DNA of 64,000 nucleotides from Podarcis cretensis (GCA_951804945.1 OX638151.1:81654001-81718000), one strand, 5' to 3'; shown: positions 51,133 to 64,000, counted from the first letter of the stretch. The notes: a model not told the origin generated them from the letters alone. A program made the numbers and translations.

Positions 51133-53730
51133 GTAGTAGTAATAATAATTCAACACCATAGAACACAACATATAACTTGGCTGTTTTCTAATTCTTTAAG
51201 AACCTATCCAGTGTTGATTCAAGGAGACACATCCATTGGTAAAACCAGTTTAATACGCTGGGTGGCTGCTGCAACCGGGAACCATTGTGTTAGGATTAAC
51301 AATCATGAACATACTGACATCCAAGAATACATTGGCTGTTATACTTCAGATCCATCTGGGAAGCTGATATTTAAGGAAGGTAGGATTTTGATTATTACCT
51401 CAATCACTCGGTGTTTCCTTGCCAGTCGGCTCTCCTACTTGCTCAAACAGATGCTTGCCTGGCTTGCCTCAAGTGGGCAACTCATTTATTTCTTTTTTTC
51501 TGTAAATGCTTCATAGGTGTCCTCATTGATGCTATGCGAAAGGGCTACTGGATAATCCTGGATGAACTCAACCTGGCACCCACTGATGTTTTGGAGGCCC
51601 TGAACAGATTATTGGATGACAACAGAGAGCTGTTCATAACAGAAACCCAAGAAACAGTCAAAGCTCACCCAAGATTCATGCTCTTTGCTACACAGAATCC
51701 TCCAGGGCTCTATGGAGGCAGGAAGGTACATCCATAGTTTCCTCAGATGAAGCTGGCTTTCTTTTGATATGCTAGTCACACGTACACCCCACCATTTCTT
51801 CAAGGACCTTATGGTGGCATATGTGATTTCTCTCTTTCACCTTAGTCCTGTGCAGTAGGTTAGGCTGAGTAATAGTTTGAGTGAAAGTCTGGCCTAGGAT
51901 CACCAAGTGAGCTTTATAACTAAGTGGTGAGTTGAACCTGAGTCTTCGCCACTCCTAGTCAAACGCTCTAGTCTTTGTAGCATATCTAGAACCAATAGTG
52001 AAATCAGTCTCCAAGTTGCCAATCCAAAATGGTACCAGCCAAACACAAGAGAGAGGTGTCAACAGAGTTGGGAGAACCCCACTGTTTGCAGATGTGCACA
52101 GAAATCTTCAAGGGGGGGGGTTAAGAGGGCAAACCGTTTGAGTATGAACACGTTCAGTGGCCATGAAAAACTAGCTGACTGTTTGAGGGTGGGAAACTCG
52201 TGTTAAGTTTTCAGTGTGTGTGAATTTCTCAGTAGATTAACACTTGACAGGTGGTTTTTGTGTGTGTGTCTTAAGGTATTGTCCAGAGCTTTCAGGAACA
52301 GATTTGTGGAGCTGCATTTTGATGAGCTACCAAGTACAGAGCTAGAAACCATCCTGCACAAAAGATGCCACCTTCCACCTTCGTACTGCAGTAAACTTGT
52401 CAAAGTCATGCTGGAGTTGCAGGTATGGACAGTAATCTTTTTTCTCTTAATGAGAAAACAATAGAGAAGTCACTTGAGCCCGAGTTGTAGTTTGGTGTCT
52501 TGTACTCAAGGCGCACACATTTATTGGCTTTGGGGTTTTTTTGGGGGGGGGTATTGTTGAGCTACATAGCAACCTACTAGAATATGTTTGGCCCAGGGGA
52601 CTGATGGTCATTACTGAAATATTGGTGAAATTTGGACAAATAAATGCTACGAAGACAACTTGGAGAATTGGTGGTAAGGAGGGGAGGCATTGCAAGAGTA
52701 GTGGAAAATGCAGTTGTGGGTACAGAAAATTGTGTTGGATCATGAATGCTTTTATGTTATTTTAAATCTAGTCTTATCGCAGAGGTTCCTCAGTGTTTGC
52801 TGGCAAGCATGGCTTCATTACCCTTCGGGATCTCTTTCGCTGGGCTGAAAGGTACCGATTAGCAGAACAGATGGAGAAGGAGTATGATTGGCTTCAGCAT
52901 TTAGCAAATGACGGTGAGTCTCCACTCATTTCTTTTCAACTTACATAGCCAGTGTGTCCAGTTCGGTAACCACATTTCAACCGTTTTTCAAAAGTGGTGA
53001 ACATCCTGATAAATTGTTGTCTTTCTGTTACTAGGATTTATGCTTCTGGCAGGAAGGGTCAGGAAACAAGAAGAAGTTGACGTTATCCAAACAGTCATTG
53101 AAAAACACTTTAAGAGAAAGCTGCATCCTCAGCGCCTCTTCTCAGAAGAAAGCGTAAAGAAGCAGATGGGTAAATTTGAAAAACGATAACAATAATAAAA
53201 GAAGATTTAATGTTTGGCTGAAGCTAATTAATTCGTTTTTGTTTGTTTCCTTCCCCAACCCTATTACCACTTTGAACCAGCTAAAGCATCTAGGTGGACA
53301 TCTATAATGGGCGATGAATTCAGTCACATTGTGTGGACTCAAGGGATGACAAGGCTTGCCATTTTGGCAGGCCGAGCATTAGAGTTTGGTGAACCTATTC
53401 TTCTGGTTGGAGACACAGGGTAAACCAGTCTTCAATATATTCATTATTAGTTTTATTTATTTTTTGCGTAGAGCAACAGACAAGTAGCTGGAGTTTAGCT
53501 GACTGCAAGCTTTTTGTTATGCAGGTGTGGCAAAACTACTATTTGTCAGATATTTGCAGCATTGGCAGGTCGGAAATTACATTCTGTGAACTGTCACTTG
53601 CACATGGAGACCTCTGACTTCCTGGGTGGACTGCGACCCGTCAGGCAGAGATCAAAGGATGAGGTAAGTTGGAATTATGGTGCCTGATATAATTGAGAGC
53701 TTGAAAAATCCACCAAGTGTGTGTCTGTAA

Positions 53731-53763
<33 letters not shown>

Positions 53764-56700
53764 TGTATGTACACACACACTTGATCAGACTTTCCCTTTT
53801 TCTTTCAAACAGGAGTTTGATGGTTCTAGGCTGTTTGAATGGCATGATGGAGCCCTTGTCTTAGCAATGAGAGAGGATGGCTTTTTTCTCATGGATGAGA
53901 TTTCATTGGCGGATGATTCTGTTCTAGAAAGACTTAATAGGTATGCACTTGAAAACTGGACATTTTTTTAGTCTGCTGCCTTAGCGTGTCATTCACATGC
54001 AAATTGGATAAATCTTAACTTTTCCCTGGCTTCTTCTGATTCTTGCTGCTCTTCTAAACAACAAGAGTTGCAAAGCTTCTGTCGATTAGGCAAGTCTCTA
54101 GTGTTTTGTATGGGTGTTTGAAATTTAACGAGAACAAATATTGAGAACGTGGTTTTATTTCAGCGTCCTTGAAACTGAAAAGACGCTAGTGTTGGCTGAA
54201 AAAGCCAGTGAGGACAATGAAGTAGAACTGCTGACTGCAGGAAAGAAGTTTCGCATTTTAGCCACAATGAATCCTGGCGGCGACTTTGGGAAGAAAGAGG
54301 TAATGTAAGAAAATGCCGTTCTGTGCTGGCTGCCACTTTCAATTACCTGTAGTTTTAGGAATGAAAAAAAATGCCTATGCCGACTTGGCCTTAGGGTTTT
54401 TCTAGAAGCTTGTAAGGCATTGCAACCAGTCCCACATCCTACCTTTCCCGGACCCCAGGCTCTTTGATAGTTACATTTCCCTTATCACATGGCTGTCCTT
54501 TGCAGGCTACAGCTGCTTGGGAGCCCCATGCCCTTACCTGTAAGAAAGACCACACACATTCACACTCCCAGTTCTTTTATTTATGACCTAATTACCACAG
54601 GGAGGAAGAGACAGGATAGCTCTTACTACCAGGCCTTTCAAGTCAAGTAGGAGTAAAGAGTACTAAAATAATATTAAACGGTTAGGAAAAGCTGTTTCAG
54701 TATAAATTCATATCTCATTTGTTTCACCACATAGTGATCCTTTGCAGGGGAAGGTGGCCATCAGACTGAAAAAAGATTCCCTGCCCCGACCTAGCTCCAC
54801 ATGGAGCTCTGACAGCTAATTTGATTGTTTGATTGTTGATTGTTTGATTGTTGGAACTGAGTAAATGTGTTATTTCCTAGATAGATAGAATTAATCGGAA
54901 AAATGTGGAAATGGTTGAGATTAATAAAATTAGTGATGATGAAGAAAATGCAGCATAAAGAAGTGTGGGTTGGTTTGGGATCCTGTAGCAGATCATATTA
55001 TAAGACTATTAGGAATTTCAGGGGCAGGAATTAATGTCATTCTCCTCTGAGAATGTCATAAAATATCAAGACTATTAAGATGCAGGTATGTTTGTATGAG
55101 TAAATCGTTTTTCTAAGGATAAATTAGGTCTAATAAAACATTCATTTAAAAAAAGTAAAACTCATTTTTATGCAGTTTTGTTATTTGACACACACTAGTC
55201 TAACCTACTGTGCTTTTTGATACTCTCTTACACATTATTTATAGCAATATGTTTTCCCTCGTTTTATAATTCTTCTGTTTTCTCTTTTTATCCCAGTAAC
55301 CCTCTTTGAGGATTCTTAAATTTTCCTCTGAGCAGTTCCCTTCATAATAACTGCACTTAATATTTTCTTGCCCATAGCTGTCGCCTGCCTTGCGTAATAG
55401 ATTTACAGAAATATGGTGTCCGCAAAGTAACAACCGTATGGATTTAATGCAAATTGTAAACCACAATCTTCATCCAGGACTCTGCTTTGCCAAACAGAAT
55501 GACAAAGGTAAATATCAGAGGTATTTGTTCACCAACTCCATCACCTACTTATTCTCTCTGGGTGTCCCTCTGCTTATATCAGTAATGGGAGACCTTTTCA
55601 GCACGAGGGTCGCATGCCAGTGTTGGCCAGATTAAGAAGCACCTCTCCCCTCTTCCTTAAAGCTTTCTCTTCTTACTCTAGTGAGTTTTAGGGCTGCCAT
55701 GCTCTGCTGGTTTAATCACATTCAGGCAGGATTTTCCATCCTTTGTAGGCTAGGAAGAGAATAGAAAAAAGAAAGAACAGAAAAGATGTTAACAGTCAAA
55801 AGAGACTTTTATGAAACTGCTAAAGCAGTTTCAAAACTAGTGAAGTGGTTTTGTTGCTGAAAAATGTCTGCAATCACTTCTGAGTACCTTTCTCCCTAGT
55901 AACCAGCCTGCACTCCTCCGTTTCTGTGTCCCAGTGGGGTTTCCTTCTAAAAGACCTTCTGTTCTTGCAAGTCAGCTTCTCTCAGATTCTAAAAGCTAAG
56001 AAGTTAGTTCAGGCGGTTCTGAAATAGTCTCACTCTCTTAAACGCTGCCCATAGGCTTTTCTCTAAGCTGAATAATATTCCTGTGGAGAAGTCCCATGGG
56101 ACTCCTGCTACAAATGGCACAGACTGAAGGTACCACTTACCTGCTGTTCAGACGCGACTAGCAGATAACAGAAATTGCAAACAGGTGTGATCTTGCGACA
56201 CTGCAATTTTTCACTTGAGATTTAGTCCAATGCATGTTTATCTGGCAGTATGACAAATTGAATATAGGAGTGCTTACCTTTGAGTATGTTTCAGATGCTG
56301 TATGTTCCAAATTCTATACTTGATAAACCTAGATTGTGGAATTGAAATATATTTGCATAATACTGGGGTCATTTTAAGTGCAAAATCAGTTTCCTTTTGC
56401 TTAAATTTTATCATTGCCTGGATGGTGATTTAAGGAAGAACAGTTCGTGCTCTTAGTACGTTGAAAGGGATAAAAAAAAGTTTGGAATTCAGTGACTAGA
56501 TTCTGTGGTATAGGCAGAGGTTGCTATGCATATTGTCACCAGAGACCTCATTTGAACACAGCCGTAAGTTGCTGTCGGAAAAAGCTCTTGCAAATTGAAC
56601 ATCTAAGGATTGTTCTAGTCCAAATATATGTGCATGTTATACAGGTCTGACCTAGGTTCTTTATTATCCAAGGTTTTAAATGAAGGATGAAAAAATAAGT

Positions 56701-59700
56701 AGTGCTGATGAAACATACACTCTTATTTTTTCTATCCTTGGCTATATTCTCTGCATTAAGATGAATGTTTGTCCTTTTAGGCTTAAAGTAATGGTCTGGG
56801 CCAAAGTTCAGTCACTGTGGACAAAGAGACCAATGAAGTTGCAGGATCAAAGCATGTTTTGAATTTTGCATCTGCTGATTTACTTGTGGATGGTTTTTTT
56901 TTAAAGCATTCAACCCTTTCTACTTTTGCAAATATTTATGTAAAAACATTTAAGCACTTCTATTCAGTTATCTTGCAAAAATTATGTACAGAGGCCTCTG
57001 CATTCCTTGTGGGTCATTGTGAATTACTGCAAAACATATTCTGTTTCAGGTCTGTGTCTTATGTATTTTTTCTCTTCTCTCCATCTAATCACCTTTCCCA
57101 GGGGCAGATATTGCAGGGCTCATGATGGATTTCATAGAGTGGCTGACCAATCAAGAATTTGGACACCACTGTATCCTCAGCATCCGGGATGTTTTGTCGT
57201 GGGTCAGCTTCATGAATGCTATGGCGCAAGACAAACTATCCAGTTCTTCAGAGGAGCACCAGCTTTTTAGCGTCTGTCCAGTGACAACATTTGTCCACGC
57301 TGCATGTCTGGTGTACATAGATGGAATAGGTTCAGGTATGTCTTCAGTTTCTTTGCTTTATCTCTGAATAGTTCAGATCGTTTATTGGGGAGGGGGTCCC
57401 TCAACCCCTGGATGAGAACTACGCAAGGGTTTAAAGCAAGTTTGTCATTTTGGAACAAAAATAGTAAACAGTCTCAAGACGCATGCAAGCAACGTATAGT
57501 GTTTGTGCTACAGAGTGTGCATTACAACCTGTCTACAGATTTTGGCCATATCTTACTGTTAACTATATGTTCATTTCCACCATTGACATATAACTATGAT
57601 CTCTTCTTCCCTCTACCCCCTATGTAGGCACCATGTCCTGTTCGGCTGGCTCAGCTGCTTTGGCTCGTGAAAAATGCCTGGAATATTTGTGTGGGAAAAT
57701 TTCCCAAGTAGTGCAACTCACTGAGGTTCAGAAGAATGAGCTGAAAATATATGACCTGAAGAGGGAAAGGGAAATGGTTTGGATGGAGAACCACATAGGA
57801 ATCCACCCATTTTTCATACCAACAGGCAAGGAACTCTTTTGGTGGTGGTGCTGCTGCTGTACAATTTGAATGGTGATGTGCTGCTTATGATGACTTAAGA
57901 GCAGAATGCGTGAGAGAGAGATGACAAACATGCAGAAAAAATAATTTGTTACAGTCCTTCCAAGACCCTTCCATTTCTAATTGAGTGCTTGAATGCTCTT
58001 TTCTCAGATGAAGGCACTTAGCTTAGACTTCGCTCTGGCATGCTAGCTTTCCATATGCATGGAGTTTTTAAGAGCTTTAATGGCGGAGCATTCAAATATT
58101 TTACTCCACAATCTGTAGTTAGAATTGTTAAGTATCATAATTCTGTGTATTTCAGATGTTAAGACAGGAGTGCCGTTGCTTAGTATAGCTAAGCCTGCAC
58201 CACCCATTAAAAAGAGGGGAGATTAGGGGAGATTGCAAAAATACAAAAAACAAAACTTTGGAGGAAAATCGCTCTGCATCAAGATGAATGTTGATCTGGT
58301 ACCATTATTCTGTCTGATGAGCTAGTACTTTCACTGGAGCAAAAATGTTGATCATCTTACCCTGTAATCTAATTAATTTTTTATTTGCTTTCTCTGTGCT
58401 GCAGGCCCTATTTACCAGAAGAACAATGTCTCAGACTACGCTCTAAATGCAGGAACTACAGCAATGAATGCACAGCGGTTGTTAAGGGCCTTGCAACTTA
58501 ACAAGCCCATTCTCCTGGAAGGCTCTCCAGGTGTTGGGAAAACCAGCCTAGTAGCAGCCTTGGCAAAGGCTTCTGGAAATTGCCTTGTTAGAATCAATCT
58601 TTCTGAACAAACGGTAGGTAGGGATTACTGTGGTCTCCACTGAAATACCTGTACTTGTGAATGTGAGAGTCTATACTTGCAAGTTAACAGGTGTTAAGTT
58701 TTCACAAATCTTGAGAATACTCCTAATTGATTGGGGAGGGGGAAGATGCTTAGAAATAGGTAAGTTTAATAAGGGGTGTATTGTTGATTAATTCTAAGAG
58801 GAAGCATTATATTCCTTTTCCTGTCTAGTAAAGGGACACATTCTGCTAGAATTGTGATCCATCTATTGGTGTGAATGATCAAAACAAACTGCCTAAAATA
58901 CAGATGCAAAAAACCTTGATCAAAGTTTGCTGCTTGAATATTGGTTAAAATCTTAATGGTTTAGAATTAATTTTTTTATTTTTAAAATTACTCTTGGGTT
59001 TCATTTTTGTTCATAGAATGCACTTACTGGCGGATGCAACAGATGCATAGAACAAAATATTTATAACTCTTGGTATAAATGCTACTGGATTATTACTGCA
59101 AGCCTAGGAGAGCTTTTTCTAAATTGCAGTTGTTTCACATGCATTTGGAAACCTTGACTTTTCTTCCTTCTGATCCAGGACGTCACAGATTTGTTTGGCA
59201 CAGACTTACCTGTTGAAGGGGGCAAAGGAGGGGAATTTGCCTGGCGTGATGGACCTTTGCTTGCAGCATTGAAAGCTGGACACTGGATTGTATTAGATGA
59301 GGTGAGTTCAGCTTAATGTAGCACAGAAAAAGGATTTTCGTTCCTTTTTTGGAAAATGAGGTCTCTAGCTGTCTCAGTTTGCTGTTTGGGGACTTTAAAA
59401 GGATCTTATCCAAACATGGTAAAGTTAACAGTGCATTCTCCTTACGTGGAGAAAGTATCCTGGAACAGTCTGCTGCTCCCATTTATTCAAGAGGCTGCTC
59501 AGATTTTATCTTCAGTTTTCCAGTGGGAGAACACACACTTGCTTTTTCTGGGGTGGCAGTTACAGAAGGCGATTTTGTGGACAAACAGCTTGAGTTCTGT
59601 GTCATGGATGTGCTGCAGTTTACAGAAGATTAAAACTACTACTTACCTTTTAAGTGCCGTCTTAGGGCTGAATTAGCTTGAAATCAACACTTTCTTAATA

Positions 59701-62700
59701 GAATCCATAGGAAGTGGCTTTATAATATTGGTCCATCCAGCTCAGGGTTTCAAACAGTGCCACTTGAAGATGCTAGCCATTGATTCTTGGGACTTTTTTT
59801 TGCACACAAGGCATCTACTCTACCCCTGAGCAATGGCGTTTATCTGGGTGGATTCCGACAACCTCATTGACTTCACAGTTGTATTTACCTTTAGGCTATG
59901 CCAGGCGTGTCCAACAGGTAGATCATGATCTACTGGTAGATCCTGGTAGATCTCAGGCCCCTCTGTGATCTCCTCCTCCCCCTCCCCCCAAAGAAGCTCA
60001 ACAGCTTTGGCCTCCTAAAAAGCTCAACAACTTTGGTCCATCCAACAACAATGGGTAGATCATTGCCTGTTTTTTTATAGTGTGAGTAGATCACAGTCTT
60101 TGGGAGTTGGACGTCCCTGGGCTATGCTGTTGCTCTTTTGAGTTGTGCAAAAGGAGCTTGAAGCCAAAAGAGTAGCTAAATAACCAGGGCATTTGTGTTA
60201 ATCTGAAGTTAACTTTTCCTGAGCTAACTACAGTACTTTTGCTTATTTGCTATAGATTTAAAGGTGTTTTGTGGGCAAAAGTGTGTGTTGTGAAGAAGAG
60301 GGGCAGTGTAAATTTTCCTGTTGGTTTCTCTCAAATAGCTGAACTTGGCTTCTCAGTCGGTACTAGAAGGCCTGAATGCTTGTTTTGACCATCGGGCAGA
60401 GATTTACATTCCTGAGTTGGGAATGAGCTTCCATGTGCAACACAAGAAAACAAAGATCTTTGGATGCCAGAATCCCTACAGGCAAGGAGGTGGCAGAAAG
60501 GGGTTGCCCAAATCTTTTCTGAACAGATTCACACAGGCAAGTCCATAATGTCATTTAAAACTATTTCTCTTGTCCTCCTTGCAGTTCCTTTCTAAATGGA
60601 ATCATTTTTATTTCATTTGCAAGCGCACTGTGCGTTTTTCTGTGTCTACATAAAAATAATACTTGAGTCTCACCTCCCACCCCATTTAATTATATTGATG
60701 ATGTAGGTTTTCGTGGACCCTCTCTCATCCGCAGACATGGAGTACATTGGAAATACCCTGTTTCCTGCTATTGACAAAAAGATTATTGCAAAAATGGTTG
60801 AATTTAACAACATGGTAAGTATAATTCCTGAAACTCCTCTTGATGATGTGAATGGTCTTCTTAAGGAGAGGGACTTCAGGGTTCTGGTGACTGTCCCCAC
60901 AAGTCCAAGCCAATGACTGCTGCAACTATGTGAAAAGCTGGTCACAGTTTTCATCCGAACATGTATTGAGACAAACTTCATTTGTAGTCAATTTCAACTC
61001 TGGAGTTGCAGTGGCATGTAAACTAGCTGGGCTCCACAGATAACAGCCACTGCAGACTGGGTTTGTATTTCATTTTTTGTTGCCTAATATGTCAGACAGA
61101 ACTTCCCTTTTTTCTTCCTATGGCATGTTCCGTTTGTGTGGCTGAGGCTTACTAAGTCTGAGTTCACATAAAAGTTTCTTTGAGGCTTTCTCCCTAGCAA
61201 GTAGGCATAGAATCATACATGTGTGTCCAAGGTAAGACAACTGCATGTTGTATGTGTTTAGGTTTCCCCAGTTATTCTGGAACAAGAGCATTCCATAAAG
61301 ATTTTGAATGGACGGTAAAGAGTGGTGGTAGCTTAGAAGAGCAGTAAATTAAGTTGAATGCTTGGCGCGATGAATGCTTTCTTGTGCAATGGCGTTTTAA
61401 TAATCTACCATGAGCTGAAACACGTCTGAGTTTTTAATCTTTTGAACTGGTACGTTATTCAGATTGATCAAGAAGTTATGATTGAGAAGAAGTGGGGGCA
61501 TAAAGGTGGACCTTGGGAGTTTAATCTGCGTGACCTTTTCCGATGGTGTCAGCTGATGCTTGTTGACCAGTCGCCTGGCAGTTACGATCCAGGCCAACAC
61601 ATGTTCTTGATATATGGGGAAAGAATGAGAACAAATACAGACAAGGAGAAGGTAAGGAGCATGAAAAATGTGCTTAATCCTATTAGTCTTTTCTGTTTTA
61701 CAAGTATGGATATGTTAAACCATTCTTGGATCTTAAACACAAATTTTACTGAATTTTTTTGGGTACCTTTTCCCACATTATTTGAAACATTGAATGACTT
61801 CTATTTAAGATTATCTACTTTACTCCAAGGCCTTGAATTAGCATTTCAGTTAAGCAGGTGCAGGATTTGAAGGGACCTCATGTAGTTTTATCACCATTCA
61901 TGTGCTAAGGATGTGTTAGAGATAGATTAAACTCCTGGTACATTGGGTAAGAGGGCTTACAGCAAGTGTGTGGAAAGGGAACCTACCTAAGTGTAATTTC
62001 ATTGCGATTAGGGAGCTTGATCAGACAAAATGATCCCACAGCTTTCTTGCTGTGTCCTGTGCCAGCAACTCTCAGATACCACAATCAGCCTTTAGTGGAT
62101 TTGCAGAATGCTGTTCTCGTTTTGCTTATGATTAGTGCTCAGAAAAATGGCGTGAAAAATAAATGTGGTTTTGAGGGGCAATTGAAAACTCACTGGCCCC
62201 GCATGTAAGCAGTCTAGTTTTGCATTCCAGCTTCTCTCAAGCTGAGGCTTAGTTCAGGTTGCAGCTGAGCATTACAAGCTGGGCAGATCTGTATCCTGAA
62301 GCCGGTGACTTCAGATTTCAACAAACAACCCATTTGGAGTTTCGCCGGTTTCTTTTGAAATCATTCATTTGAGAGTTGCTGCAGAATTAGAATATAAGGA
62401 TTTCAGCATTTGTTATAAATTTGATCTTTCATCTGTTTTTTGTTTGTTTGTTTGTTTGTTTGTTTGTTTTAGGTAGTGTGTCTATTCAGGGACATTTTTG
62501 GTCAGGATGCTGAACCATATATGGGTTCCAGACAGTTCCACATCACTCCTTATGATGTCCAGGTGAGAGAGAACAAAAGTTGCTGCTACTTGGGCATCTT
62601 CTTGAACTTCTGCTCCACACTATACATGCACACTTATGCACTTGCTTATTTTGTTTTTAATTCTACTGAAGGTTGGTTTCTCAATCCTCTCCCGCGCAAA

Positions 62701-63420
62701 CTATGCTCCTCCTCCTGGCAGAAACTTATCCCTGCTTCACCATTCACTCCAGCCCTTGGAGTCCATCATGAAATGTGTGCATATGAGTTGGATGGTGATA
62801 TTGGTAGGCCCTGCGGCTGCTGGCAAGACCAGCCTCATTCAGCTTCTAGCATATCTGACAGGTCATCAGTTGAAGATCATGGCGATGAACAGTTCTATGG
62901 ATACAACCGAGCTGTTAGGTGGATTTGAGCAAGTAAGTGTGCATTTTTTAAATTTGGGAATAAGGACAAGTCAAGTGCATACAAGATACCACTTAACTTA
63001 AATTTGAGGAGTATATGAATGGGCAAAGTTTAAATGTCTTAACTGAAAGCAAGAAAGAAACACCTCTAATTGGTTTCCAAAACCGTGCTGAAGGAACCCA
63101 GTGGGAAGTGGTGGTTCAAGCAGTGACCAATGTAATAAATGTCCTATAGGTTGACATCATTAGGCCTTGGAAGAGCTTGCTGGAGAAGGTGGAGAACGTT
63201 GTAAGCACACTTCTAAGGGACAGCCTTCTCCTCACTGCTATCTGTCCAGAAGATGCTGAAATTGTGCTGCGTGCCTGGAGCAGTTTCGTTCTAAATTTCA
63301 AGCCAAAGTCCCTTGGGGAAGGGAATCAAAACATAACCATTGAACTGGTGAACAAATTGGAGGGAGTCCTTGCACTGGTCCAGCGGCTGAACAACAAGAT
63401 CAGCTCCTACTCAAAGCCAG
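24925..63420 (+). CDS. MDN1: Midasin AAA ATPase 1 (Rea1 homolog, 60S ribosome maturation), exons 1-43; gene continues off the right edge
   Basis: Exons: 24925-25023, 28537-28763, 29753-29977, 30594-30701, 30815-31007, 32383-32598, 33151-33282, 33958-34061, 34778-34892, 35715-35905, 36190-36271, 36732-36827, 37932-38044, 38344-38492, 38586-38646, 39211-39416, 40723-40826, 41482-41626, 42739-42835, 44224-44337, 46055-46202, 46354-46464, 47426-47577, 51201-51379, 51517-51725, 52276-52422, 52772-52913, 53035-53169, 53281-53419, 53525-53663, 53813-53940, 54164-54299, 55378-55507, 57102-57335, 57628-57825, 58405-58613, 59179-59301, 60339-60536, 60707-60814, 61463-61651, 62473-62562, 62672-62932, 63150-63420 (6553 nt, phases consistent). 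Starts MEHLRLSLAAPLQMVAQRNE. Six Walker A motifs: GPVGCGKT, GETGTGKT, GDTSIGKT, GDTGCGKT, GSPGVGKT, GPAAAGKT. Walker B LLEDID, LLDEIN, ILDELN, LMDEIS, VLDELN. Confidence 0.97.
28305..28440. mobile_element. Palindromic hAT-like MITE
   Basis: Long inverted arms ttcttcaaccttggattcccagata..gttggact / agtccaacaatatctgggaatccaaggttgaagaa, with a degenerate 8-bp TSD ttctaagg/ctctaaag. Confidence 0.75.
29209..29240. repeat. (GT)n microsatellite
   Basis: Uninterrupted GT run. Confidence 0.95.
37613..37838. mobile_element. Tc1/mariner (Tigger/pogo-like) MITE, family A
   Basis: TIR CAGTGGTACCTCGGGTTA / TAACCCGAGGTACCACTG with TA duplication. Confidence 0.9.
39562..39787. mobile_element. Tc1/mariner MITE, family A
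   Basis: Same internal sequence as 37613-37838. Left TIR slightly degenerate (caatgtacctcgggtta), right gaggtaccactg, TA flanks. Confidence 0.85.
40094..40138. repeat. (AAT)n microsatellite
   Basis: Run of aat triplets. Confidence 0.95.
42093..42334. mobile_element. Tc1/mariner MITE, family A
   Basis: TIR CAGTGGTACCTCAGGTTA / TAACCTGAGGTACCACTG with TA duplication. Confidence 0.9.
44048..44077 (-). mobile_element. Severely 5'-truncated Sauria SINE
   Basis: taaagggacccctgaccattaggtccagtc is the reverse complement of the Sauria SINE 3' end; flanked by GTACTCTATT repeats. Confidence 0.65.
44427..44578. mobile_element. hAT-family MITE (CAGTGCT ends)
   Basis: Ends CAGTGCT / AGCACTG with 8-bp TSD ACTTGTAG (44419-44426 and 44579-44586). 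Related fragment near 22868-22990. Confidence 0.8.
48581..50876 (-). mobile_element. 5'-truncated, inactivated L1-clade LINE (ORF2 C-terminal half, 3' UTR, poly-A)
   Basis: ORFs 50445..50837 (GIWLT...LSFWGRISTIKMCVLPKMLFLFQ...GGFALPDLKLYY) and 49376..50326 (CWKR..EGTFFHMWWEC zinc knuckle) are typical of L1 ORF2. Poly-T on the plus strand at about 48579-48590; 18-bp TSD with one mismatch. Frameshift near 50477 and in-frame stop near 50352. Confidence 0.92.
48743..49330. mobile_element. GC-rich Tc1/mariner-like MITE, family B, inserted in the LINE 3' UTR
   Basis: 27-bp TIR CCGTATTTTTCGCCC(C/T)ATAGGACGCAC with one mismatch; TA duplication at 48741-48742 and 49331-49332; internal tandem repeats and palindromes. 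Confidence 0.9.
51079..51150. repeat. (CAA)n microsatellite with (TAG)/(TAA) tail
   Basis: Long acaaca run; it explains the poly-Cys ORF at 50914..51171. Confidence 0.95.
51790..51970 (-). mobile_element. Old MIR-like SINE remnant
   Basis: cctgtgcagtaggttaggctgag...tggcctaggatcaccaagtgagcttt...ttgaacctgagtct resembles the reverse-strand MIR/core-SINE consensus; degenerate. Confidence 0.45.
59902..60119. mobile_element. hAT-family MITE with internal GTAGATC repeats
   Basis: Imperfect TIR CAGGCGTGTCCAAC / GTTGGACGTCCCTG with 8-bp TSD GGCTATGC (59894-59901 and 60120-60127). Confidence 0.85.
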
Positions 63421-64000
63421 GTATGCACAGAAGCAGTAGGAAGTGATAGCGTTTTTCCCTTTTAAAATGTCATCAGCTAAGCATGTGCAAATTCCAGTTG
63501 CTGCATTCCACCAGAGAAGGCAAAAACCACAAAGCATTTTAAAGACTGCTCTGATGTTACCAGGAAGACATTTTCATGGCGAGAGATGGTGTGTCTTTAT
63601 GGAGCAGTTGTCAACTGAGATAAATGTGTACAAATGTGACCAGAGGAAAAATATGAGTATTTGTGGTGCCACATGGTCTAGACATGTGTGCAACCACCTC
63701 TCTATGTTCCTGCACCCACTAGCATTCAGCCGAAGTGTGCAGGAACTTTACATGTACAGTGATGAATGCACATAGAGCACTTGTGAGCAAGCCACCCAGG
63801 TCCATATTTATTAAAGCAACATAATCTGCGGAAGCACAAAGCATAATTATTTGCTTCCTTAAAGATTTTTCCAGCCTTCATCACAGTTATGGTTGCTCCG
63901 CTCCCCCACACCAGTTAGCAATAGTCTATTATGTTTATCATTCTGTGAATATTAAAGACATTCTCCCTTTTTAATGAAAACCTGGTTGATCTACATGCAT

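Noticed and set aside
50914-51171. Poly-Cys/Tyr ORF
   Set aside because: Antisense translation of a (CAA)n/(TAG)n microsatellite.
51223-51246. Non-canonical Walker A GDTSIGKT in MDN1 AAA3
   Set aside because: From memory the human motif is GETSVGKT, so this is ordinary for midasin.
54930-55055. Possible C/D-box snoRNA in MDN1 intron 32 (GTGATGA ... CTGA about 115 nt apart)
   Set aside because: No convincing terminal stem and no rRNA or snRNA antisense element that I can recognise; such boxes occur by chance. An Infernal/snoscan search would settle it.

Overview
This is vertebrate genomic DNA, almost certainly from a squamate reptile: it carries Sauria and Squam-type SINEs, and a lacertid lizard is plausible but not proven. 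It covers the conserved MDN1-CASP8AP2-GJA10 block. (1) The 5' end of the GJA10-type connexin coding exon is on the minus strand and runs off the left edge. (2) The complete CASP8AP2/FLASH gene is on the minus strand: 9 coding exons, 20463..6707, 1996 aa as I splice it, with a 3' UTR to about 4810. (3) The first 43 exons of MDN1/midasin are on the plus strand from 24925, include the Walker A motifs of all six AAA modules, and run off the right edge. CASP8AP2 and MDN1 are head-to-head, each with its own CpG island. I read all exon boundaries by hand and they keep frame. Introns hold many hAT and Tc1/mariner-like MITEs, SINEs and one 5'-truncated L1-clade LINE. I see no convincing wholly new biological system. 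The best leads are: the essential FLASH LDLY motif reads LNLF here; a uORF stop codon overlaps the FLASH start codon (TAATG); FLASH has a 19-aa degenerate repeat; MDN1 has three GC-AG introns; an MDN1 intron holds a miRNA-like hairpin with an AUUGCAC seed; and there is a three-level nested transposon insertion containing a perfect 44-bp palindrome. Comparisons with human proteins are from memory and need alignment.
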